Positions 1-12,749 of a stretch of DNA of 44,733 nucleotides are shown piece after piece. The notes under the pieces were generated by a model. It saw nothing but the letters and a program-made list of their open reading frames with translations, made no database searches and was not told the DNA's origin. A program made the position numbers and the translations under genes. This DNA is from Blastocystis sp. subtype 4 (Eukaryota), in NCBI RefSeq assembly GCF_000743755.1, contig NW_014569492.1, positions 1-44,733 on the forward strand, read 5' to 3'. The first letter of the stretch is position 1. Each line of letters begins with the position of its first letter.

Positions 1-91
1 TGGTAGCAAGACGAAGCCCTATGTGAGATCGAAGGGTCGTAAGTTCGAGAGAGCTCGTGGTCGTCGTTCAAGCAGAGGATTCAAGGTCTAA
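1..91 (+). CDS. RPL18: 60S ribosomal protein L18 (eL18), 3' end only
   Basis: Frame 2 reads GSKTKPYVRSKGRKFERARGRRSSRGFKV*, the conserved eL18 C-terminus. TAA is at 89-91 and TGTTTGTT follows at 126-133. Confidence 0.96.
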   Translation, partial: GSKTKPYVRSKGRKFERARGRRSSRGFKV

Positions 92-196
92 GAGAGTCCG
101 GAAGTGCTTAGTAACCTTCATGAAGTGTTTGTTGAATCAGGAATTATAACAACGCATCTTCAACAAACAATACAACAGGAATCATCAATCCACAAC

Positions 197-367
197 TTAG
201 TGCTGCTGAGGCTTCTTATGACTACGGAACTACACATCATCTCTTCCACATTCTCTCACCTTTTTGTTTCCAACGATCTTCAATCCCTCAATCTTCACAT
301 CCATTGCCTTCAGCATATCGTTCGTATCAGCATCCACCTCAATCTGATCCTTCTGGAGAGCTGTGTG
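197..367 (-). CDS. RPS17: 40S ribosomal protein S17 (eS17) C-terminal part; 5' exons not found in window
   Basis: Minus strand reads HTALQKDQIEVDADTNDMLKAMDVKIEGLKIVGNKK, then a 30-nt GT-AG intron (259-230), then FRSHKKPQQH*. This resembles eS17 '[23 protein letters not shown]'. Codon usage is RP-like and TGTTTGTT lies at 169-162. Confidence 0.7.
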
Positions 368-369
368 CT

Positions 370-3300
370 ATGATGGGAGATTACAGAAGAATGAAGGAAG
401 CAGAACAAGTCATTCAAGTCCTTGCTGCTCATCGCCTTGCGGACCAAGTCTTTCGAACCTGTCTGTGTAATAGTTCACAGTCATATTGCGTTTTCTATGT
501 AAGAATGCTTGATCCTTCTCATAGGCAGAGTGCCAAGCTTTTTGGTATCTCCATGATAAAGAAATGGCCTCAAATTCCTGTTGAAGAACAGAATACCATA
601 TGTGAGATGCTTTTCGGTGTTATATCCTCTTTGGAAGAACCAACTGTGTTTCATTAACTAATAGCTAGGAGATACAAAACGTAATATTTCTGATTTCGGT
701 TGTTCTGAGGTTGAAATTGTGTTAGCGAGTTTAATCAAGCTCATGTGGAAAGACAATCCCACAGAAATGTGTACAGTCTTTTTTCAGAAATTAGGAGATC
801 CAAGTTGGCGTAGTGTCAAGTTGCTGGAGGCTCTAGTCCGATGCATGAAAGATAACAATTCTCCTGACTTTTCCATCTCAACAGACACTCACAGGTACTG
901 CTTGAATGCGTATTATCATAATGGATTCAAACAAGTCCATGTCTCTCTCTTATCTCACCAATAGACGGCTCAGTGGGTGGTTTCAGCTGTGTTATTCCTT
1001 GGCTCCTCCTTCTCAGAGACATCATCTCAACAGCAACACAATCTCATGGAGGAAGTTATTTCACTTCTTTCAGAAGTTCTTTCCTGGCCATGGCCAAAGA
1101 TTCGAGAAGGGAACTCAGTGACAAAGACAGGAATGGGAACGGATTTGATAGAACCAGACATCCTCTTTGAACCAATTTTCATTCAAGAATCACTAATTAC
1201 ACTGTTCCAACAATTGTATCAAATAAGCCATCATTTGAGTTGTAGGTATTTTCTCACTCGTTTTGAAACTACTCTTCCACAAACCATCTTAAACACTCTT
1301 ACTATTCTTGGTTCATACTCCCCTCATTCATTTGCTTCTACTCGTACACATGCTCAGCATCTCCATCGACTGACATCCTTCGCTTTGAATGTCATTCAGC
1401 AATCTTATCTCCAAGCAGTGACCAGTACTGGAGGAATCATTGATGCAAATACCATTGAGAATGATACGAAAGAGAAGATTCGAATCGTTCTTCTTCTGAA
1501 GACTATTCTTTGTACTCCTGCTTCTGGTGTTATGGTATTCCTTCCTAGTTGGAGTGATGTTGTTCATGGTATGCGAGGCTTAGTGGATGTCGTTCTTGAG
1601 GTATCCTTGAGAGAATGTTTCTTATTTAGGATTTAGAACGAGTAGTTACCAACCCATCATTAGCTGAAGACAGTGTAGACCTTCAACAAGGTTGTGAAGA
1701 GGTCTTGGGAACATCACTAGAAATTATCAGTTATTGGTGTGATAATCCTGATTTGCTCTCTACAATTGGTGATCTCCCTCAACATGTCTATGAGGGATCA
1801 TTACAGACACGAATGCGTGTAGCAACACAAGTACTTCGTTATTCAGACACAATGGGTGAACGGCTCTGGCGTGAACTAGAAGCGAGAGATGAGAATGAAG
1901 ATCAGTGGTCATTTGAAGAAGAGCAAGATACTGTAGGTCGGATTGGGCGTGTGACTGCTGGAACCACTTGCAATTTTCTTCTTCGTGTATTTGAAGGATT
2001 GCTTGATTCAATGGAACATTGTAGAAATGAAGGAGAAAGTGATTTGCTTCAAGAACAGGTCTATTGGGTTCTAGTCTATGTAAAACACTTCATAAGTGAT
2101 TTTGATTGTGATGAGGTTCCTATAGCTTTCACATCAATTATAACAGATTCTCAGTACCCTCTTCTTCTGTTTATGGATGTTTGGGTAGCATTAGAGAATC
2201 ACATTCATATATAGAATCATGATATCAAGCGTCTTCTCTCAATCTCTTCGATTACAATTTCACCTATTCTTCTTCAAGCAGTTCTTGCCTATTTACGTAG
2301 TTTTGCTACACTGTATCTTCCTTATCGTCCTCACCTCGCTACTGACTTCTTCACGATCATTGCAATTACACTCACTTCAGCTGCTCAAGAGCATACTCCC
2401 TTTGTTACTACCGTGGACGTCCTTCAACTCCTTCTGAAACAGACTATTCAAGATGGAGTCGGTGATATCAATCAGGAAGTCTGGGAGGAACTTGTGGGTG
2501 CTCTAGTAAATTATGTGAAGCAGTTCTCTGTATCAGGTCGTCTTCACACACTGAACGACATGCCTGTTCGTCATTGGCGACTTTACTCAAAGGCTGTAAT
2601 CACGGGAATGCTATTGATGGGAGTAAGACAGAATGAGAGAATGAACAGTAGATGGAAGAGAATATATCTTGTGTACGAACTATCCTGAGTATCCTTCTCG
2701 ATCATCTTCGTTCTCTCTGCACAATTCCTAATTTTGATTCGTTTGTAGCCAGTACCAAGCAGAAAGAACAAGTACAGGCAGTTCTATCTCTCATTCGAGG
2801 TGTCTGTTCTCTTGAGAATCCCAATATTGTCTGTATTTCCTTCTATTCCGAAATACTCCCTTTTCTCTCCATTCTTTTCCAGCGTGCTCGAGCTTATGAG
2901 GAGATTCGAATGAGTATTCTCCATATTCTTAACGAGGAAGCTTCAGTCTTAAGTTCTATGTCTGAAGAAGCGAATCTGCAATATGGCCAGACACTTCTAA
3001 CCATCATCACAGAATCAATTCGTGCTCTTCCTGGAGATGAGATCCAGATCAAGAAAGCTTCTGATTCGATTGTCAAAACCCTTTCGCTTCTGTTTAAGAT
3101 TCTTTGTAATGCCTCAACTAATACCGTTCTCAATGATTCCTTCATGTGGAATACCTCCCTGATGGCTGGATATCTGAAATTGTTAAGTGCGGTATCTTCA
3201 CAACTCACATTCTTCCCACTACTCATGAAGACTATCTTCGAGACATCTCTTATGTTATGTGGAGCCTGTATTCAAGGAATGGATATCCAATCTTTTAATG

Positions 3301-3857
3301 ATATTGAAGTGTTCTTCTCCTTTATGGTAACGTCACTTGATCGATATGAGTAGGATTGAAAGACTGATTTGAGTGGTAGTTGTGAGTTTAAAAGTATGGA
3401 TTGTTTGTATCTGTTATTTACGCATTGTTTGGAGATTCGAGATGGAAAGCAATCTTATGGTGGGTCATGGAATGAGGGAATCATGGGTTATTTGTCTACT
3501 CATCCAAGTTGGGAATAGTAAGTGGAATCAACAATAGATGTTCCTGAACAACTCTTTGAAGCTGTATATACCCAAGTCTTTTCTCCTAAGACGGGAGTTG
3601 TTACAAAGGATGGACTAGAAATGCGTGCTTCAAATCTTGTATTGGTTCTTCTGGCATTTGCTCGCGAGCCTATTGAGAATTATCTTCGCACCATCCATGC
3701 TGCTTCTCTACAGATGCAACCGACTCTACTGAAAGGAATCCTAAACGACAATTGTATTCGTGGCTATCAAGAACGTCATATTCGATGGTCTTATAACAAA
3801 TCGTTCCTCCATTTCTACAATACCATCCAACGGTTATGTGAAGAAACAAATCCATAG
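370..3857 (+). CDS. Importin-beta/exportin-4-like HEAT-repeat protein, multi-exon; 5' end uncertain
   Basis: ORFs 304-657, 719-964, 977-1636, 1705-2214, 2413-2688, 2652-3353 and 3522-3857 link through ~30-nt introns. The N-terminus (MKEAEQVIQ...SQSYCVFY...IKKW) fits an IBN_N-like pattern and the body is helical and Leu-rich. Confidence 0.55.
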
Positions 3858-3880
3858 AATTTTTGTTTAATATACTATTA

Positions 3881-4212
3881 CTATCCACGATAAGGAACAT
3901 GAGTGACAAATCCCTCATCGTTCACCGGAACACGTACTCTCATGGGTCTTAAATCACGAGTCATGGGTGAGTGCTACAGTATTACAGGCAGTGTAACATA
4001 CCAACTTCGTTCATAACAATTACGTTACAATCAGGACAGTCCTTTAGAATCATATCTTTGGCTTCATTTCCCTTCATATTCATCACTTCGGGCCATCTTG
4101 GGGTGAAGAAGAATCACATCACTTACGAAGTCTTTGCACCTGGTGGATATGGGTTATAAGCTAGTGCTGTAAAGGAAAGTAGTAAAGTCAATAGAAAGAA
4201 GAGCGATCTCAT
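3881..4212 (-). CDS. Secreted potato inhibitor I family (MEROPS I13) serine protease inhibitor, copy B
   Basis: Not in the ORF track. Splicing introns 4126-4097 and 4005-3974 gives MRSLFFLLTLLLSFTALAYNPYPPGAKTSWPEVMNMKGNEAKDMILKDCPDCNVIVMNEHSPMTRDLRPMRVRVPVNDEGFVTHVPYRG*. It has the signature WPE...G..AK, T-x-D-x-R..RVR and P..G end. Confidence 0.9.
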
Positions 4213-4250
4213 GAAAAGAAATATGAAACAAACAAATTCTAGTCAAACAC

Positions 4251-4586
4251 TTAACCTCGTCTAGGAGGATTCTTAACAATATTGTTCTCATCAACAAAGA
4301 TACGCACTCTGTCAAAACGCAAATCCATCGTTACGGCAGAAAACTATAGCTATTACTAACAAAATACATCACTTACATGGTTGAGCACAATAACATTGCA
4401 ATCCTTACATTCTGCTTTCACAACATCTTTTGCCTTCTCTCCGGTCATTCCAACAGTTTCAGGCCAACTAATTCTCAGTGCATGACTCAAATGACACCTT
4501 TCCTTTTCCACTTTAGGAAAAGATCTTAATCCGTTAGCCACTAAAACAAGTAGAGCAAACACTAAAGCAAAGTATCGAAACTTCAT
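4251..4586 (-). CDS. Secreted potato inhibitor I family (MEROPS I13) serine protease inhibitor, copy A
   Basis: Signal peptide followed by SWPETVGMTGEKAKDVVKAECKDCNVIVLNH|FSAVTMDLRFDRVRIFVDENNIVKNPPRRG*. Introns are at 4497-4468 and 4376-4344, and TGTTTGTT is at 4234-4227. Confidence 0.92.
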
Positions 4587-4661
4587 TTTGTGACTTTTTC
4601 AAACACCCAGTAATACCTTGATTATCAAGGATTCACTCATCGTGTCAGTTTAACAAACAAC

Positions 4662-5657
4662 TCACAGTCGCGACTCAATCTGTACATACCATTGACGAAG
4701 CTTCTCCAAGGCTTCAGAATATACAGAGGATTCCGATGATTTATCGGTTTCTTGATCAGGAAGGGTGATGCGAATAGCAGTACGAGACTCGTCTCTTGTC
4801 TTATTCAGTTCTTCACGCAATTCCTTGATAGTCTCTTCCTTCTCTTCCAACTCCTTGATCAAATCACTCATTGAACGTGTATCAATAGTCTCTCCCGACT
4901 CAAATACTGTTTTCAGCAAACTCACAGTACCAGGGTTGGTAGTCGTTTCAGCAAGTTGCTTCTCCAAGTCACTTTCACGTTGTTGAGAATCTTTGAGCAA
5001 ACCCTAAATCTAAAGCAACAACCAAAGAACTACCATCAACTCTTCGTTAGTTTGTTCAAGTTTCTTCTTCTCTTCAGCTACCTTCTGAAGCTGCTCCTTT
5101 AGAGATTCCATCTCCTGGAAATCCATGGGGACTCGAGTGTCCGACTACAATTAAAAGGAGAATCAGCATCGACACTATGTGAATCGCGCAACTGGGCTTG
5201 TAGCTTCTCATTTTCACTTTTCAGTTCATCCCGTCTACAGATTAAGTCTCAGAATAAGGGAAACTCGGCTTTAATCTTCGTCATATCCTCTTCCATTCCA
5301 TTGATGTTCTCTGCCAATCGCTTATACTTCTCTTGACTTGCTAAGACTTCATCTACCCGAGTCTGGAGGTCCTCTCGGGTTTTCTTACTGTCTTCCAATT
5401 GCGACTTTGCTTCCTCCATTTCTTCCTTTAAAGCACGATTCTCTCTTTCAATACTCTCCACACGAGAGAGTAAATCGTCTCTTTCATCCTGCAACTGATT
5501 CATCCTACTATGAAGCGTTTCCGTGTACTGCTGCATTTCCATGTAAGAGCGATCCACTGAATAATTAAAATGCACATTCAAACGACACACCTGTTTCACT
5601 ATCCTGTGTGGCTTCATCCATATCAGGAACTCTCGAATTCTGTCCAAGGCTATCCAT
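4662..5657 (-). CDS. Coiled-coil protein of unknown function, multi-exon
   Basis: MDSLGQNSRVPDMDEATQDSET joins ORFs 5249-5647 and 4662-5000 via ~30-nt introns. The sequence has E/K/L/Q-rich heptads, and TGTTTGTT is at 4659-4652. Confidence 0.7.
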
Positions 5658-5721
5658 CTTTTAAAATATCAAACCTATCACTATTCAAACGAACGTTATT
5701 CTGATTTCACATTCTCCTCAG

Positions 5722-6623
5722 ATGGAAACTAAAACGATCAAGTTTCAATTAGAAGACAGTGTCTCTCGTGATGTTATCGATTTGGAACTTTACGAAAGGG
5801 TCTCCGTGAGGACTCTAAAGAGAATCATTTCAGATACACATCCAAACCATCCAGATATTGCAAGAATACACATGGATTACTCGGATGATGATGTGCTTCC
5901 TGCTGAGGTCAATGAGACTATAGTACCTCTGTTGTATTCTTATTATCATTAGGAAGCGAAGTCAGTGTTTGTAACATATTCAATTCTTCCTGAAACGCAA
6001 GTTGAGGAAATGGTAAATCTATTTGGCATTTCTGATCGTTAGGGTGGAAATGAAGTACCCAAGAGGAAAGGAATTGTTGGTAATCAGTCCTAGGGTCATT
6101 TGTAGCTGCTGCGAATGTTTCGAAGTAAAGAAGAACGGAGACGCGCAATGCTTAATGAAGAAGGAGAACATGTTGTGATTGAAATCCCAGTTGTAGAGAT
6201 GAGTCCTGGAACTCATCTCTAGACTACACAGAATATTATTTATGCAATCGTTTCCTATTACGTTATTTTCCATACAAAATACGTTACAAATCTCATGAAC
6301 TCAATGAAAGACCATGTTGTAAGAAAGCGTTTATTTGACGATTCCTAGGGTTTTTCAATTCCGAAAACTATTATATTTGTCCTTTTCAATCTGTAACATT
6401 TGTTGTGTCTATTGATGTATAGAATCATGCTATTCGTTCCTGTGATACATCAGATCAAGGATTTACTAAAACTAAATAAAGATAGTAATATTAATTAAAC
6501 AATTGATAGATAGTGGTTGATTTCACACCAGAAGGATTCCTTGGAGATGTGTGGCTTTGTATCTATTACTTCTTTGCCACGTTTCTTCCTTGGAACTGGG
6601 GACCTCGTGTATTCAGGAAATAG
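5722..6623 (+). CDS. N-terminal ubiquitin-like domain membrane protein (HERP/Usa1-like), multi-exon
   Basis: UBL-like N-terminus (SVRTLKRIISDTHPNHPDIARIHM). The C-terminal exon GFLGDVWLCIYYFFATFLPWNWGPRVFRK* resembles the FFxSLxP end of HERP-like proteins. TAG is at 6621-6623 and the motif at 6628-6635. Internal exons are approximate. Confidence 0.55.
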
Positions 6624-6627
6624 TATT

Positions 6628-6635
6628 TGTTTGTT
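6628..6635 (+). terminator. TGTTTGTT motif of HERP-like gene
   Basis: The -5 position is the G of TAG (6623), which implies a zero-length 3' UTR. The DHX15 ATG is at 6637. Confidence 0.75.
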
Positions 6636-6636
6636 G

Positions 6637-8975
<2,339 letters not shown>

Positions 8976-9002
8976 TATATCGTTTAGGACTTGTTTCTAT
9001 TA

Positions 9003-10123
9003 TCAAACATATGATACAAGACATAATGTACCAAGAATAAAAAACACACCTATCATAAATGATAAACAAGTATAGTTCTTCTCACAATCCAATGTGACTC
9101 CAGTTGGTAGTAGCTCATACACACAAATATATGTCATGACTCCAGCTGTAAATCCAAACAAGAACCCAAATAATGAGGGCGACACACTCTGACCTATGAA
9201 AAGAGAGCAGATCAGTGCTCCCACAGGCTCTGCAAGTCCTGCTAAGAGTGCCCAGAGAAAGGCCATATGGCGCTTGTTAGTAGCATAAAATACAGGAAGA
9301 GCAACAGATAACCCTTCAGGAATATTATGGGCAGCAATTCCAATAGCTAGAGAGACTCCCAGCTTGGGATTATCCAGGTAAGCAATATAGGAAACTACTC
9401 CTTCAGGAAAGTTGTGAATGGTGATGGCAATGGCTGATAGCAAGCCAACACTACGTAGATTACTGAGTACCTTTTCGTCCACAAAGTATTCCTCTTTCGC
9501 CAAATCTCGTGTACTTCCTGTGATGTGAATCTCCACTCCATGACCTGACAATACATGATTCGCTTCGGCAGTTGGTAGTTCCTGCATTTCCAGATCCTTT
9601 GTTTCCTTGAATACAGGGTTCTGGATTACTTGACCCTCAACTTGTTCCTCTACATCGGATCGAATTGATAATCTCCGTTTAAGAACTCCATGAACTGGTT
9701 GATCCGATTCCTTTGGTAACTCGAACTCTACATCGGATACGCGATGCATTAGGATTTCCATCAAATATGATACCAGTACACCTGACAATAGAGCAAGAGC
9801 ACCAGCAAACATTCTACAGACTAACACTTCCATCGCTCACTTACCCTATCTTATCATTCGCGTAGCGAATTGCATAATATCTCTGTGATTCTTCAAACAT
9901 CTCAAAGAATGATAAGAAGAGCATTACTCCAGCACTAAAACCCAGAGCTATGGATAAGAATGTCCGGTTTGCCAGCTTCACCATAGAATTGAAATAAACG
10001 ATTAAACCACCCACTGCCGTAGCCAATCCAGCAAATAGCGAAACTGCAATAGCCATGGGTTCCTATCATTTCAACCATCCAGTAACCAGTTACATTCGCT
10101 AGATCAATATCGGTTATGTTCAT
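9003..10123 (-). CDS. ZIP family zinc/iron transporter, ZupT/GufA-like
   Basis: MNITDIDLAN|EPMAIAVSLFAGLATAVGG...FSAGVMLFLSF, with ZIP signatures HNFPEG and HNIPEG, LAEPVGA and AGVMTYICVYELLP. Two 31-nt introns. The true end may be at 9014 (poly(A)-made stop). Confidence 0.92.
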
Positions 10124-10209
10124 TGAAAGAATAATTGTGAACCTCACAATGAATTCACGGGAATTGGCTCACATTTGGCGGAGATTCAAGTCTCATTTTT
10201 CTGTTTGTT

Positions 10210-11181
10210 ATGCCTCCGAAGAAAACGGGAGTGCGAAAGAAGAAGGAGAAGATGAGAGCAGCACAGGCTGTATATGGTGATAGTGAAGTCAATTCATAGG
10301 AGAAAGCCACTGCATCACGATTGATGTCAACATCTCAGCTACTGGCCTATGGTGATATGTCTAAAGTTCCGGGAAATTTTGAAATGGAATGCTCCGAATG
10401 CGGTATGAAACAGAAGAATCGCGCCTTTTGTTACTTTTGTCATGCAGTTTCGTTCTATTGCTCTATTCATTCATGTAGGTGCAAAAACTTCCCATTTGTG
10501 CTCATTGTGGACGAATGAAGTGCAGTGGTGTCGGAACAGATTGTCTGATAAAACATCCAGGAACTACAGTTACTGGCATGAAGTTTGTAGGAGCTATATG
10601 TGACTTCTGCGAGGCTTTCGTGTGTCATTCGAGAAAATGTATCCAGGAGCATGCTTGCGCTTGTCCATTCCGCAGCGGTCCTGAACCAGGTGCATTAAGT
10701 ATATGCTGTTCAGAATGTCATCGTGATGTCTGGAGTCATGGTGGAAAGATGTACCAATGTAGTATCTGTGGGAAATGGAACTGTCAAGATGATCAGTTTG
10801 AACATCAAGCAATGTGTCAGACTCTCGAGGGTGAGAATTATAAATGTGTCTCATGTAATAAACGAGGGCAGTGGTCATGTATGCGTTGCAAAGTGAGCTA
10901 TTGTGACATTCATGTTATCTCAGCCATTAATGTAGTTCTGGGTTAGAGGCATGATATACAGAAAGACCGAAATGGAAAATACAAATGCAAAAAGTGTCAA
11001 TATGAGCTTAAAGATGTGAGCAATCTTTCCCTAAGTGGTATGTAGTATTTTGTTGGAATTATATACAGTGAAGAAGCATGAGTTTGGACGACAAACCCAG
11101 TATCATTCAGATGATGACATGTATGGTCCTCCAGGAGAAATAGAAACATACTGGGGTGAAAGTGAATCTGAGTCCACATAA
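10210..11181 (+). CDS. ZNF330: Zinc finger protein 330 / NOA36 (nucleolar Cys-rich protein)
   Basis: MPPKKTGVRKKKEK...MECSECGMKQKNRAFCYFCHA|QKLPICAHCGRMKC...VGAICDFCEAFVCHSRKC...CQDDQFEHQAMC...KKHEFGRQ. TAA is at 11179-11181 and the motif at 11215-11222. Confidence 0.92.
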
Positions 11182-11221
11182 ATTCATTTACCAGACCGTT
11201 AATCGAACCAATTCTGTTTGT

Positions 11222-12692
11222 TCAAGAAACATCAAAAGAAAAGTAGGGATTCTTGTACTCGGGCGTTAGAGATTCTGTTTCAAACTGATTCGTAGGACTA
11301 TCTCCTTCTTTTAATTTACTGGGCTTTTCGAGTAATTGCCCTCCAGGTCGTTTTACTGCAATAGTAGACGAAAACCTGAACTGAGACAAAAAGGAATCTG
11401 CATTCTCAATCTGAAGTGGAGTCTGTTCTTTTTTCGGTGATGCAGATGATAACGTTGGCGGAGTCATCTGTATCTTTCTTGCATCGGAAAATAAAGGTTG
11501 ATTTATGTCGATTGCAATACCATACTTCGGAATCACTCGTGTCAATCGAAGCGACTCAAAGAACCTATCGAGATAACTCGTATCAACTGACGATGGCAGA
11601 TATGGCTCACCTGTCCTTGCACATTGATATCCTCTTGCGATTTGCTTTGCTTCTTCAGGCTTCTTGATAACACCAAAAATACAATATTCACTCTCACAAA
11701 ACTTCCTTTCTAGAGAAGTGACTGGTGTTAGATACTTCATTGTATTCGATTTGGGATCAAAGATCACCTGATGATGGAAGCATGCCAGAGCTTCATCCAG
11801 CTTGGCTCGATAGGTCTGAAAACCATTTGGATCGTCTTTAGGTTTATGTTTGGGATTCGTTGTAATCTCATTGAGAGTATCGATAACAGACCTTTCTTTC
11901 TCTACATATCGCTTAGCTGTCTTTAGACCAATCTGAGGAAGACTCTTCAAATAGTCACAGCCACTGAGAACACACATCAACTCAAACTGATCGCAAGTCC
12001 ATGTTTTAAAACCAAGATCCGGATTGGTGAACACAGATTCCAAGGAGACTTCTTCACAGGATCCATCAGTATCCATCTTGAAGAGTACATGATGGCAACG
12101 ATAACACAGAGTGTCTGAATCTTCGCTGACCACAGCATCCACATATCCAGATCGACAAAGATAGGCTAATTCCGAATCAGCTTCATAGGGGGCAATGATA
12201 TAAGCAATTCGAAGCGAATTCAGCAGTAGCAGAAAGCGTTTAATCATTTCCGCAGTGACAATCACGCCTTGTCGAAAGTGATCTATAGCTTCGGCTCTTC
12301 TCCCTAGAGCATATAGCCGTTTCCCTTCTTCGACATGGTGTTGACGGTTCCTAGAGATAAGAGAACAATTCTATTCTGACTTTTTGCGATCCGCATTCTC
12401 CCCTTCCTTAGCAGGTAAATCATTTCCATCAATGACGAATATAGGAGTGATTCCATTTGCCTGTAACATTGAAATCATCTTTCTAGTCACGCCGAGGTAT
12501 TTGTCCGTATTCCTCCCTAAACACAACTCCTCAGAGCAGCAATAGGTTCCTCGGTGAAGCCTACAAATAAGAAAGGAAGCCAAATCGATACCAGCACATG
12601 GCATCTATTGCCACCGTTTTTCCTTGGTACTCGCGGACATGAATAGATCGACGTGCCGGTTTTACAAGTGATAAGAGACCCTCAATTCCCAT
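11222..12692 (-). CDS. EXO1: Exonuclease 1 (XPG/RAD2 family)
   Basis: MGIEGLLSLVKP...YQGKTVAIDAMCW|LHRGTY...PIFVIDGNDLPAK, followed by IAPYEADSELAYL, SEDSD, and GCDYLKSLPQIGLKTA (H3TH). Confidence 0.93.
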
Positions 12693-12737
12693 AATTAGAA
12701 AGTGAACCAAAAGCGCGGTGAACGTTCAGTACGTTTT

Positions 12738-12745
12738 AACAAACA
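12738..12745 (-). terminator. TGTTTGTT poly(A)-site motif of TLK
   Basis: Exact motif. The in-frame T is at 12750 (-5) and the genomic TAA comes only at the end of the motif. Confidence 0.85.
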
Positions 12746-12749
12746 ATCA

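Noticed and set aside
104..373. ORF-track 89-aa plus-strand ORF
   Set aside because: It is the antisense shadow of the RPS17 exons and spans the RPL18 poly(A) motif. It has no family features.
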